Positions 15,337-28,179 of a stretch of DNA of 32,000 nt are shown here, piece after piece. Numbering within the stretch: position 1 is the stretch's first letter; the number at the start of each line of letters is the position of its first letter. Source of the DNA: Dysgonomonas sp. (GTDB lineage: Bacteria; Bacteroidota; Bacteroidia; Bacteroidales; Dysgonomonadaceae). The translations under genes and the position numbers were made by a program. The stretch is from positions 89,702 through 121,701 of the forward strand of contig JAWDXP010000010.1 in NCBI GenBank assembly GCA_032477055.1, written 5' to 3'. The notes beneath the pieces were generated by a model. It was not told where the DNA came from. It worked only from the letters and a program-made list of their open reading frames with translations, and ran no database searches.

Positions 15337-17289
15337 TTAAAGCTCTTTCCCATAATCCCTATACATCATAAACAAGTGAGCCGAAGACCAACTAAAGTGA
15401 GAAGCCTTTAGCACCTTGCCCGTACTTGTCTCATAGTTTTCGTGAATAGGCCCATCCTCATTCAATCCTTCGAGGCGGTTAAGCACCTGATCGGTATACG
15501 CATCTGCTTCTTTTACATAACCGTATTTACGAAGTCCTGCTATTGCAAAATATACCTGATCGAGCCAGATAGGTCCACGCCAATATCCATTGGGCGTAAA
15601 CCCGGGATCGTCAGCAGCCACCGTCGGAAAAGGGATATAGGTCGAGAATTTAGTTGTATCGAACATGATTTTCACAGTCATATCTACCTGCTCTTTTTCG
15701 GCAATACCTGTCCAAAGGGGTGTCCATCCTTCGGGTCCTTGCACCCTTATGAAGTCTCCATTTATTCGTTTATCATAGAAATAACCATCCTGCTTATCGA
15801 AAAAATAGTCTTTTACTACTTGAGTTTTATTCTCTATATCAAATTTTTCTCCGATAAGTCCAGATATTTTTTTCAATAAGGTTTGCTCATAGCATAAATA
15901 AGCATTCAGATCGACAGATTCCTGATCGAAGCTCCATGCAGCCTCACTATTCTTCAGAATCTTTGCTTCATCGAAACGGATAGCATTATCCATTCCACTC
16001 TCCCATTTGGCAGCTTCGAGAGTTCCGTCTGTCGCCCCAAATTCACACATTCCATTTTGATTATGATCTCTGTACTCATACCACCATACATGATATTTGA
16101 GCAATTGGGGGTACATTTCTTTCAGAAAGTCAGTATCCTTAGTTACCTCATAGATCTCATTTACAGCCCAGACAGCTAATGGCGGTTTGGTGTCGCGCCA
16201 ATTATTTTCCGTAATATCGGTATATACACAATCGGCAATCATACCTTCCTCCGATTGATAATCGAACATTGCACGAATCTGATTCTTAGCCAACTCGGCA
16301 TCGATATGTGCCAAAGCAACAGCATGTTTCCACGAATCCCACGCCCAGAAGCCGACAAAATATCCCATAGCATGAGACGGTACAACTCCATTGTGCAACA
16401 ATCCGCCTTTAGGGCTGCGCCAGTTACTGATCAGAGTCATTATGCTTTTTACCATAATACGGTCGTATTGTTCGGACATATCTTCGCGCAGATTATGCTT
16501 GATATAACCGTTCCAACGTTCTGCCGATTTATTGCTGGCAAGCCGGGGGTTATCGATAACAGATTGAACTTCCGATTTATCTGTTGTAATGTATTCTTTC
16601 TCGGTATTGAAATAAGAGATAACAACAGCTATTTCGGCAGAAGCTTTTTCCGATATTACCTTATACGACTTATTATCAATATCGAGTTCGAGGTTTACAT
16701 CTTTCGGAAAAGTGAGAACGATAACTTCTCCGGTTTCCAATTTATATTCTACAACATTATTAGCCGCAATCATAGGTTCAGCCCCGATACTATCGACAAA
16801 TTTACCCGATAGCGAAAAATGAATATCTTCGTTGGATTCACATATTAATAATGCATGCTTAGAATCTACAAAACACAGGTTTTGAGTCAATTCTATATTC
16901 TTCGCAGCCGATTTAATAACGGCTTTTCCCGGATAATATACAGTTTCGGTCTGTTGAAACTCATCAGGTTTTACCTCTGTATTTTCCGAATCTATGTATC
17001 CCACCTGAATAAAAGAATGGCTGATCCAGTTTCTGTGATCGATGTCGAAAGGACCGCAAAAACCATTGATACGCGATTCTTTTTCGGGTATGGTAAATCC
17101 CATCCATGAACCATGATCGGTAAAATAACCCTGAGCCCGTTTAGGCTTTTCCTGAGCGGTGTGTATTATATTGAGTAAATGGGGATAGTTCAGAGTTATA
17201 TCCTCCGACGGACTCTCCTTAGGAGAGCACGCCGGGAACATAACAAAAACACATATTAACCCATATAGTATATTGTATATCTTGTTCAT
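15337..17289 (-). CDS. GH63-like / MGH1-like six-hairpin glycoside hydrolase lipoprotein (YgjK-type putative alpha-glucosidase) (650 aa)
   Basis: Lipobox MNKIYNILYGLICVFVMFPAC|SPKESPSED. An N-terminal beta-sandwich of about 270 aa precedes an (alpha/alpha)6-barrel. The barrel shows clan GH-G style motifs 'GFWAWDSWKHA', 'WESGMDNAIRFD', 'YWRGPIWLDQVYF' and 'HENYETSTGK...HFSWSSAH'. The family call is from motif memory, not an HMM. Confidence 0.7.
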   Translation of the reverse strand: MNKIYNILYGLICVFVMFPACSPKESPSEDITLNYPHLLNIIHTAQEKPKRAQGYFTDHGSWMGFTIPEKESRINGFCGPFDIDHRNWISHSFIQVGYIDSENTEVKPDEFQQTETVYYPGKAVIKSAAKNIELTQNLCFVDSKHALLICESNEDIHFSLSGKFVDSIGAEPMIAANNVVEYKLETGEVIVLTFPKDVNLELDIDNKSYKVISEKASAEIAVVISYFNTEKEYITTDKSEVQSVIDNPRLASNKSAERWNGYIKHNLREDMSEQYDRIMVKSIMTLISNWRSPKGGLLHNGVVPSHAMGYFVGFWAWDSWKHAVALAHIDAELAKNQIRAMFDYQSEEGMIADCVYTDITENNWRDTKPPLAVWAVNEIYEVTKDTDFLKEMYPQLLKYHVWWYEYRDHNQNGMCEFGATDGTLEAAKWESGMDNAIRFDEAKILKNSEAAWSFDQESVDLNAYLCYEQTLLKKISGLIGEKFDIENKTQVVKDYFFDKQDGYFYDKRINGDFIRVQGPEGWTPLWTGIAEKEQVDMTVKIMFDTTKFSTYIPFPTVAADDPGFTPNGYWRGPIWLDQVYFAIAGLRKYGYVKEADAYTDQVLNRLEGLNEDGPIHENYETSTGKVLKASHFSWSSAHLFMMYRDYGKEL

Positions 17290-17316
17290 TATTAGTTTTA
17301 TCTTCTTTGTTATTAT

Positions 17317-20460
<3,144 letters not shown>

Positions 20461-21063
20461 TTATAAATAACAGAAAAAGGTAACCAGAAACGGTACGCAC
20501 AAATCAAGTGTGATACCATGAAAAATCGCTATCAGCACAAACTCACTACCCGAATATTTCGTGATAATGGGCAGCGTTGTATCCATCGTAGTAGCACCTC
20601 CTGCCGATATTGGAGCCAGTTTGCCGAAGTACATCACCAACAATGGTGCAAAAAGCAGGGTTATCAATTCGCGGATAATATTCGAAAGCAGGGCAATAGT
20701 GCCCAGTTCCGCTCCTTTGTATTGGGTAATGAAAATACTCGACAAAGAATAGTATCCGAAGCCCGAACCTACCGCCATACACTCAAATGGGGTATACTTT
20801 GGGATGACTATACTGATTAAAGCACATCCGGCAAGTGTCCCGACCAAAGTGGCTAACGGTACGAGTATCACCTTCGGACGGGTCTTTTTCAGCGTATTCA
20901 ATATCTCTTTATCGTACCCGATATTCAGCCCGACAAGAAACATCAACCCATAAAGGACATACGAACTCAAATCGTTCCGGAGAATACTTTCGGGAACCAA
21001 CCCGAAGTAGGATACTAAACAACCTACTGCAAAAAATGCCAATATGATAAGGCTACCTTTCAT
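20461..21063 (-). CDS. LysO/YbjE-family (DUF340, Lys_export) transporter, large subunit/half (200 aa)
   Basis: Polytopic protein of about 6 TM segments, matching the ~200-aa 'lysine exporter LysO family' proteins of Bacteroidota. It lies 21 nt upstream of the GH2 gene and 93 nt downstream of the small half. Confidence 0.7.
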   Translation of the reverse strand: MKGSLIILAFFAVGCLVSYFGLVPESILRNDLSSYVLYGLMFLVGLNIGYDKEILNTLKKTRPKVILVPLATLVGTLAGCALISIVIPKYTPFECMAVGSGFGYYSLSSIFITQYKGAELGTIALLSNIIRELITLLFAPLLVMYFGKLAPISAGGATTMDTTLPIITKYSGSEFVLIAIFHGITLDLCVPFLVTFFCYL

Positions 21064-21156
21064 CTGATTTTTATTATGTAATTATTGTTTTAAGCACTAA
21101 GTCGCTAAGAGACAAAGTCGTATTTGCCTTAACATCTTAGTAGGAAAAAATAAGGG

Positions 21157-21423
21157 TTAATTCCTGAAAAACCTTTTGTACACTATCCATGCCGCCAGTA
21201 CGCTGCCAACGACGGCCGCCAGTGTGATGACAAGTGCCTGTACGCCTATGGTAGACAGGTTACTGACTATAACATCGTTACCCCCGAGGGACAAACCGAG
21301 TGTAAAAAGCAACAGAAAAATAAATCCTGTGATTAGTTTTCCAATAAAAGTGATATTCGGTATTCGCCGTAGGAAATATCCTGCGACAATACCGGAAACC
21401 ATTATTCCAAAAACAATAAACAT
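21157..21423 (-). CDS. LysO/DUF340-family transporter, small N-terminal half (88 aa)
   Basis: Protein with 3 TM segments ('MFIVFGIMVSGIVAGYFLRR...') corresponding to the N-terminal ~90 aa of single-chain LysO. It starts 15 nt after the SusD stop codon. Confidence 0.6.
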   Translation of the reverse strand: MFIVFGIMVSGIVAGYFLRRIPNITFIGKLITGFIFLLLFTLGLSLGGNDVIVSNLSTIGVQALVITLAAVVGSVLAAWIVYKRFFRN

Positions 21424-21438
21424 CTTATATCAATTTTG

Positions 21439-22983
21439 TTAATTACCTTTCTCTTGCGCTAATTGTTCCCTTAGAACTATATTCGAGTTTATCTCGCCTT
21501 GAGGAATCGGGTAGAAATTATGTGAATTCGGATCAAAGCTTGTCCTACCCACAGCATTCAACGCCTCTTTAGTCTTACCCCAACGCCTCAAATCGTAGAA
21601 ACGGGTACATTCTAAAGCAAACTCAACAATGCGTTCGTGCTCTATCTGAGCCCTTACCTCATCTTGGCTAGTTCCTTTCATAGCAGGCATATCGGCTCTT
21701 TCCCTCACCTGATTGATTAAAGGAATCGCTTCTGACGATCTGTTTTGCTCATTCAAGGTTTCAGCCAACAGCAACAATACGTCCGCATACCTCATCAAAG
21801 GAACATTGATGGCGCTTCTTGCTTTCTGCAAATCTTCCATAGTTGCAGGAATAAATTTGCGGAATTCGATATATTCGGTATTCGGATCGGTAAATACATC
21901 TTCGAACTTAGAGCCGTATACCATTTCGGTAGAAGGATCACTGTAATAATCGTCTTTGAAGAACAATGTTTTATAAGCCCGTGTATCGTAGCGTCCTGTG
22001 GTCGCGATTTTGCCTTCTTTCTTAAATTCGTCCAAAAGCATTTTGCTGGGTCTGATACATCCCCATCCTTCCAACTGGGTACAAGCTACAAACTTATGCA
22101 AATAGTGTCTGTAATTAGCGCCTCCGGCTGTATTATCGGTAAATTGTATCTCAAAGATAGATTCCTCACTGTTCTTATTTGTTCCATTGAACATTGACAG
22201 AGGATCTTCGATCAGCCTATACCCCTGTACTTGCTTGAAACATTCTTCCGCCTTGTTCAGATATTCGGCTTTTTTACCAGGTTCTTCATAAGCACGAGTC
22301 AAATAAGCATATCCCAGATAGGCATAAGCTGTACCCTGAGTTACCCTACCCTGACGCTCTGCGGTTTGCTTCAATGGCAATACTTTTGAGGCTGCTTCGA
22401 GATCAGCCATAATAAAATCCCAAGCCTCGATACGTGGCGAAACACCTTTATCCAACTGATCTTCTTTTGTTATATACACATCGCGGATAATAATTCTTTC
22501 CCAGTTTAATAACAGTTTCAGATGATAATACCCTCTAAGGAAAGTGGCTTCTGCAATTATTTGCTTCTGATAACCGGCATCTATATCTGGAATAGTCGCA
22601 ACTTTCTCTATAACCTGATTGGCATGCATAATACCCCGATAGTTATCTTCCCAATATACAATCAATTGAGTATTTCCAAAATCATACGTAAAATTGGCCA
22701 GCTGCATCCAATCGGGATACCCATTGGCATCGGGTCCCGGTATTATGATGTCTTCCCTGAAAGGTTCTACCGTAAACCGGACTTCTCCTAAATAGTAAGA
22801 GCCATTGCTACTTTCTATCTGTGAATAAGCTGTTGCCAAACCTGCTTCCGCAGCTTTTGTATCTTTCCAGAAGTTAGCCGAAGTTTCTTCGTCCGGCGAT
22901 GTGAGATCGAGCATATTATCAGAGCAACCCGAAAAGCTCAGCATCGAGCTTGCTAAAAGTATGTTTAATATATATTTTTTCAT
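21439..22983 (-). CDS. SusD/RagB-family outer-membrane glycan-binding lipoprotein (514 aa)
   Basis: Lipobox 'LASSMLSFSGC|SDN'. TPR-like helical N-terminal half and the typical C-terminal 'ERIVEFALECTRFYDLRRWG' motif. It lies immediately downstream of a SusC-like gene. Confidence 0.92.
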   Translation of the reverse strand: MKKYILNILLASSMLSFSGCSDNMLDLTSPDEETSANFWKDTKAAEAGLATAYSQIESSNGSYYLGEVRFTVEPFREDIIIPGPDANGYPDWMQLANFTYDFGNTQLIVYWEDNYRGIMHANQVIEKVATIPDIDAGYQKQIIAEATFLRGYYHLKLLLNWERIIIRDVYITKEDQLDKGVSPRIEAWDFIMADLEAASKVLPLKQTAERQGRVTQGTAYAYLGYAYLTRAYEEPGKKAEYLNKAEECFKQVQGYRLIEDPLSMFNGTNKNSEESIFEIQFTDNTAGGANYRHYLHKFVACTQLEGWGCIRPSKMLLDEFKKEGKIATTGRYDTRAYKTLFFKDDYYSDPSTEMVYGSKFEDVFTDPNTEYIEFRKFIPATMEDLQKARSAINVPLMRYADVLLLLAETLNEQNRSSEAIPLINQVRERADMPAMKGTSQDEVRAQIEHERIVEFALECTRFYDLRRWGKTKEALNAVGRTSFDPNSHNFYPIPQGEINSNIVLREQLAQEKGN

Positions 22984-23001
22984 TATTTCCTGTTTTTAGA
23001 T

Positions 23002-26000
23002 TTAGAACGATAACTGCATTCCGAATGTATATGAACGGGTGAACGGGAAAATCTCACGGTCTAGGCCTGTATTCAGAGAAGCAGATCCTGTATTGCCTGC
23101 TGTCGGTGAAAATTCGGGGTCGATACCATCATAATTCGTCCATGTAAGAAGATTTTCTCCGCTTACGTAAAATCTGAGATTATCCATTCTCAACATTTTT
23201 GTGATTTTAGCAGGAAGTGTATATCCGAGTTGCAATTGGCGTAAACGGATAAAATCGCCGTTTTCTAAGAATCTGTCCGATTCGCGGGTGTTTCCATTCG
23301 GGTCTCCTAGTACAGCACGAGGCATATTGGTATTGGTATTTTTATTTTCAGGAGTCCATGCATTCAGGGTCGAAGTCATAAAGTTCGATTTCAGGTGCAT
23401 TCCTTCAAAGAAATACCTGTTTCCATTATATAACTTATGCCCCCATCCGCTACCGATCAGAGCAGAAAAATCGAAACCTTTATAAGCAGCTCCCAAATTC
23501 AAATTTACTTCCAATTTGGGCATGCCGCTTCCCTGAAATGTCTTATCGTCTTCATCGATTATACCGTCTCCGTTTACATCTCTGAACCTGATATCTCCGG
23601 GTTTTGCATTTTTCTGTAACAGATCTCCATTTGCATTTTTATGTGCTAACACTTCTTCTTCCGTTTGGAAGATACCATCGGTTTCATACAAATGAAAGCC
23701 TCCGATAGGCCTTCCCGCCATAGTTGCGTTAGCAAAGTGCGAATCTCCGCGATTAAGTCCGTATCCGTATATAATCTGTCCTTTGTCAGATAGTTTGGTC
23801 ATTTCATTTTTCAGATAAGACAGATTAAGGCCTGCGTTATATTTAAAATCCCCTGCTTTATCCGTATAATTTATCTCAAACTCGAAGCCCGAATTTTTCA
23901 TCTCACCAACGTTTAAGGTCGGATTCTCAAGACCGGCAGATGGAGCCAGACGCCTGCGGATTAATAAATCTTTAGTTCTGTTATCATAATAATTGATTGT
24001 ACCACTTAGTTTATTATCCAAAAAGCCATAGTCCAATCCAATGTTTATAGATTCGGTTGTTTCCCAACGTAAATCACGGTTTTCAAGACCCGAAGCTATA
24101 CTTCCCGGCCAAGGGTTGCTTCCGCTTCCCTGTACCGAGCCTAACCAGTTTGTGTTTCCTGTTGATATAAGAGCATGAGAAGCATAGTATCCCAATACGA
24201 CTTCATTTCCCAATCTACCCCAGCTACCTCTCAATTTAAGGTTGGATATGGGTGTTTCTTGTGGGAAAAAGGCTTCTTCATTGATTCTCCATCCTAATGC
24301 CACAGACGGGAAATTACCCCATCGTTTTCCTTCTCCGAATTTGGATGAACCGTCTCTACGAAAAGTGAACTGGAATAGATATCTGTTTCCATAAGAATAA
24401 TTTAAACGCCCGAAATAAGATAATCTATTATAATTATACTTCGTTCCATCTCCGGAGAATGTACCTCCTCTACCGGCATTTATAGTCATAAAGTCCTGAT
24501 TAGAAAATCCTGCAGGAACATCTCCCATCACTAGTTTTCCATTTTCTACAGAATAAACAGTTGTTTTACCTTCTACTTTGACCAGATTCCATGTAGACTG
24601 TTCTTTGTTCATAGAAGTACCTAGCATCGCATTGATAGAATGCTCACCCAACTTGTTGTTATATGATAATACGTTGTCAAGAATATGCTCTTCCCAGAAT
24701 CCCCGTTCTTCCTGATGCCAAGGATATTCTACAGGAGCTTTGGGATCAGCAATGAAACTGCGCGCATGCTCTATATCCTGATAATTATTGCCCCTATAAC
24801 CATAACTGATTCTATAATTCAGACCTTTCATGATGTCTACTCCTACAGCAATGTTGCCATCAAAGTGTTGTCTTTTTTGCCAGCCTTTTCTATTTTCGGT
24901 ATTAGCAATAGGGTTAATATTACTTGCCATATCGGGCCAGAAAGAGTTCGTGAGCCCATAGCCTCCTTCCGATTCTTTATCATACACCGGAACAAGTGGA
25001 GATATCATATAAACATCAAGCAAAGGAACATAATGTTTCGAAGCTTTGCTTGCCATATACCCCATGGTAGCATCTATTGAGAATATGTTTTTCTTGGTAC
25101 TGATCTTTGACCTGAAATTATGTTTAGTATACTTATTGTTGATAAGAATACCTTTATCATCTGTGATATTACCTGATATAGTAAATTTAGTATCTTTCAT
25201 TCCTCCGCGTACCGAAACACTCTGATTTAAAGAAACACCCGTACGGAAAACTTCATCTTGCCAATTGGTATTATATGGTGCATCTCCTTCATTTCGTCCC
25301 GGCTTATTTATATAGCTGGGTAGACTCTCTCCTGCATTTTCGAACATTGCTTTATGCACTTTCAGGTAGCCATCAGCATCCAATAGCTCCAACCTTCTGG
25401 CTGTCTTACGCATACTGGCATAAGAATTTATGTCTACAATGACTCTCCCGTCTTTACCGCTTTTAGTGGTAACCAAAACGACTCCATTAGCAGCTACAGA
25501 ACCATAGATAGCAGAAGCCGCTCCGTCCTTTAGTATTTCTATCGATTCTATATCGTTCGGGTTAAGATTGTTGATATCGCCAAAGAACCCGTCAATAACA
25601 TACAAAGGTTCATTACTGCCGAAGGTATTAACCCCACGTATTTTAATGCTAATATCAGAACCTGCAAGCCCGCTCGATTTGAGTACATTTACACCCGAAA
25701 CTGCTCCTTGCAATGCTTCGGCAGGATTGGTAGTGGCTTTTGTCGCCAGATCTTCTCCACTTACAGATGATATTGCTGCTGTAAGGTCACTCTTTTTCAA
25801 AGTCCCGTAACCAATAACAACTACTTCATTGAGGGCTTGATCCGATTCGATCAATTCTACATCCAGTTTACTTCGATTACCGACTGTGATATCCTGCGGA
25901 TGGTATCCCAGATAATTAAAAGCCAGAACATCATTATTCTTATTTACATTTATCATATAACGTCCGTCTATATCCGTAGTAGTTCCGGTAGTAGATCCTT

Positions 26001-26403
26001 TAAGTTTTACGACTGCCCCGATAATAGGCTCGCCGGAACTATCAGTCACAACTCCCGAAACAGTCCTGCCACCTACCTTATCTTGAGTAGATGTCTTTAT
26101 TGCACCTTTTTTAAGTACTATTTTTTGGTTTGATACTTCATAACTGATTGGTTGTCCGCGGAATGCTTCATCCAGAATCTCATTAATATTATTCGATTTT
26201 GTATTAACGGATATATTTTGGCTATCGTCTATATCTACATTACTATACATAAACGAATATCCGAACTTCTCCTCTATTTCTCTAAAAAGCTCTTTCAAAG
26301 GAACATTCTCGAGCCGAATGCCTGAACCTTTATTATTTTGAGCAATTGCCTGAATTGAAAATAAGGATAAGATCAGGCAAAAAAGGTATATTTTTTTCAG
26401 CAT
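23002..26403 (-). CDS. SusC/RagA-family TonB-dependent transporter with N-terminal STN signalling extension (1133 aa)
   Basis: The ATG at 26403 gives MLKKIYLFCLILSLFSIQAIAQ (the track start at 26412 is a TTG). The domain order is STN ('LKELFREIEEKFGYSFMY...ISYEVSNQKIVL'), a carboxypeptidase-regulatory-like domain ('VSGVVTDSSGEPIIGAVVKLKGS..TDIDGRY'), plug, then barrel. The protein ends in 'YTFGMQLSF'. Confidence 0.93.
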   Translation of the reverse strand: MLKKIYLFCLILSLFSIQAIAQNNKGSGIRLENVPLKELFREIEEKFGYSFMYSNVDIDDSQNISVNTKSNNINEILDEAFRGQPISYEVSNQKIVLKKGAIKTSTQDKVGGRTVSGVVTDSSGEPIIGAVVKLKGSTTGTTTDIDGRYMINVNKNNDVLAFNYLGYHPQDITVGNRSKLDVELIESDQALNEVVVIGYGTLKKSDLTAAISSVSGEDLATKATTNPAEALQGAVSGVNVLKSSGLAGSDISIKIRGVNTFGSNEPLYVIDGFFGDINNLNPNDIESIEILKDGAASAIYGSVAANGVVLVTTKSGKDGRVIVDINSYASMRKTARRLELLDADGYLKVHKAMFENAGESLPSYINKPGRNEGDAPYNTNWQDEVFRTGVSLNQSVSVRGGMKDTKFTISGNITDDKGILINNKYTKHNFRSKISTKKNIFSIDATMGYMASKASKHYVPLLDVYMISPLVPVYDKESEGGYGLTNSFWPDMASNINPIANTENRKGWQKRQHFDGNIAVGVDIMKGLNYRISYGYRGNNYQDIEHARSFIADPKAPVEYPWHQEERGFWEEHILDNVLSYNNKLGEHSINAMLGTSMNKEQSTWNLVKVEGKTTVYSVENGKLVMGDVPAGFSNQDFMTINAGRGGTFSGDGTKYNYNRLSYFGRLNYSYGNRYLFQFTFRRDGSSKFGEGKRWGNFPSVALGWRINEEAFFPQETPISNLKLRGSWGRLGNEVVLGYYASHALISTGNTNWLGSVQGSGSNPWPGSIASGLENRDLRWETTESINIGLDYGFLDNKLSGTINYYDNRTKDLLIRRRLAPSAGLENPTLNVGEMKNSGFEFEINYTDKAGDFKYNAGLNLSYLKNEMTKLSDKGQIIYGYGLNRGDSHFANATMAGRPIGGFHLYETDGIFQTEEEVLAHKNANGDLLQKNAKPGDIRFRDVNGDGIIDEDDKTFQGSGMPKLEVNLNLGAAYKGFDFSALIGSGWGHKLYNGNRYFFEGMHLKSNFMTSTLNAWTPENKNTNTNMPRAVLGDPNGNTRESDRFLENGDFIRLRQLQLGYTLPAKITKMLRMDNLRFYVSGENLLTWTNYDGIDPEFSPTAGNTGSASLNTGLDREIFPFTRSYTFGMQLSF

Positions 26404-26445
26404 GATTAACAATGGGTATTTTTATGGTTATTAAACTTCAGGTAT

Positions 26446-26469
26446 AATATGTGTTTGGGTTGGGTTAAC
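26446..26469 (-). promoter_or_regulatory. Candidate ECF-sigma-dependent promoter of susC: GTTAACCC-N12-TATT (minus strand)
   Basis: The plus strand reads GGGTTAAC at 26462-26469 and AATA at 26446-26449. The same motif with identical spacing occurs upstream of the sigma gene (28180-28203). Confidence 0.45.
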
Positions 26470-26482
26470 TTAATTTTCAGTT

Positions 26483-27493
26483 TTATTTACATCTGATGGT
26501 CACCTCCTTTCCGTTTACTTCATATTCTATAGGTGTTATTTTATTAAACAAATCCAGTAATTCACGAATCGATTCGGTTTTTACCGAGAATGTATACTTT
26601 TGGTTTATAATTGGATTCTCCAATTTAATATCTACACCATACCATCTCTCTATTTTTTTCGTCAACTCAAATAGATATACATTGTAGAATACCAGTTCTT
26701 CTTTTGTCCACAACGGAAATGCATATTTTGTATTCCGGGTCAGGGCAAACTGCATATTAGACTTATTTACTTTTATCACCTCGTTAGGTTCTAAACCGGA
26801 CAACAAACGAAAATTATTGTCCGTAACATTTACACTACCCTCGACAAGCGATACGCCGATGTACGGATCTTCTTTATAAGCAGACACTTCAAAGGAAGTT
26901 CCCTTGACAAGAACTTTAACATCCGAAGTATTTACGATAAATTCTTTATTTGCATTTTTTGTTACTTCAAAATACGCTTCTCCTTCGAGCTGAATTTCAC
27001 GTTTTTCCCTATTGAAATTATTGGAATAGATCAGCTTCGACTCAGAGTTGAGCCATACCTGAGTCTGGTCGGGTAAAGTCATTTTCATTTTTTGACCGGA
27101 AAGTGTTTCTATAACGGTTATAGCTTCTTCACGATTTATATTGTCAATAGTAGACTTCAGGAATAATGATGAGAATACCCCAAGTAGCAACGCGATTGAT
27201 GCTGCAATAGATGCTACTTTTATAATCAATCGCTTATTTGTATGTTCTTTTGATGGGATAAATACCGGATTTGCTGAAATATGAGATTCAATGCCCGCCC
27301 ATACTTTTTCTTTATCGATCTGTACAGATTCCGGCTCATCAATATAGGCAAGTTCGCCTTTCAGCTCATCAAACAAGGTCTTGTTTTCATCCGATTCGTT
27401 GATCCAATTTTCGACATAAAGTCTGTCTGTATCAGATAATTTTCCTGCCAGATACAGAGCTATTTTTTCGTATCGTATTTTCGGATTTCCCAT
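26483..27493 (-). CDS. FecR-family transmembrane anti-sigma factor (336 aa)
   Basis: N-terminal cytoplasmic anti-sigma segment, a single TM ('IIKVASIAASIALLLGVFSSLFL') and a periplasmic FecR domain ('LPDQTQVWLNSESKLIY..F....REIQLEGEAYFEV'). It sits between the ECF sigma and SusC genes. Confidence 0.9.
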   Translation of the reverse strand: MGNPKIRYEKIALYLAGKLSDTDRLYVENWINESDENKTLFDELKGELAYIDEPESVQIDKEKVWAGIESHISANPVFIPSKEHTNKRLIIKVASIAASIALLLGVFSSLFLKSTIDNINREEAITVIETLSGQKMKMTLPDQTQVWLNSESKLIYSNNFNREKREIQLEGEAYFEVTKNANKEFIVNTSDVKVLVKGTSFEVSAYKEDPYIGVSLVEGSVNVTDNNFRLLSGLEPNEVIKVNKSNMQFALTRNTKYAFPLWTKEELVFYNVYLFELTKKIERWYGVDIKLENPIINQKYTFSVKTESIRELLDLFNKITPIEYEVNGKEVTIRCK

Positions 27494-27577
27494 GGCTGAT
27501 TTATTCTATTTATTGAATAGACTCACAGCCTCCGGAAAACCCCTAAAAGGAAATGTAATTTTTTCTAATTATTTTAT

Positions 27578-28150
27578 TTAGATAATTTCATTAATAAGGT
27601 ACAGACATATATAGCCTATGGTTAGAGAGCCTTTGTTGTAGTTTTCTGACAGGTATTCCTTCATCTTTTTTAATGCAATAGACATTTGATTTTCCACTGT
27701 TTTCTCGGCAATACCTCTTAATTCGGAAATTTCTTTGTAGGAGTATCGTTGCTCTCTGCTCAGGACATAAATATCCTTACACTTGGGAGGAAGTTGTGTT
27801 AGTGCTTCTTCGTATAGCATTTCAAACTCTGCCCTATTTATTATGTCTTTGGCTTCAATATCCTGAATCAGTTCTTGTGCCCATTTATCTAACAAAACCT
27901 CCCGGTTTTTCTGATTACGTAATTGGGTAAGCATTTGGTTGCGCACAGCTTTATACAAATAAGTTTTGATATAAAAGATATTCAGAGTATCCCTCTCCTC
28001 CCACAGTTTTATAAATACATCTTGTATCACATCTTCTATATCCTCCTTGTTGCGGGTATAATAAGACAGGAATTCAGACAAAGGTCCGACATACATATCG
28101 AACAGTTCTCTAAGATTTTTTTCGTTTATCTCTATTCGAGGATTTTGCAT
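27578..28150 (-). CDS. ECF (sigma-70 family group IV) RNA polymerase sigma factor (190 aa)
   Basis: Region 2 is 'IEDVIQDVFIKLWEERD' and region 4 carries the HTH 'YSYKEISELRGIAEKTVENQMSIALKKM'. Confidence 0.9.
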   Translation of the reverse strand: MQNPRIEINEKNLRELFDMYVGPLSEFLSYYTRNKEDIEDVIQDVFIKLWEERDTLNIFYIKTYLYKAVRNQMLTQLRNQKNREVLLDKWAQELIQDIEAKDIINRAEFEMLYEEALTQLPPKCKDIYVLSREQRYSYKEISELRGIAEKTVENQMSIALKKMKEYLSENYNKGSLTIGYICLYLINEII

Positions 28151-28179
28151 ATTCTCCTCCTCAACTTCTCATGGTAATC

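Noticed and set aside
20461-21423. The two LysO-family ORFs could be one gene broken by a frameshift or stop (a pseudogene).
   Set aside because: Both have their own ATG and intact hydrophobic organisation, and a clean 93-nt non-coding spacer separates them. As far as I recall, a two-gene arrangement (about 90 aa plus about 200 aa) is the normal form of this family in Bacteroidota. This needs confirmation by alignment.
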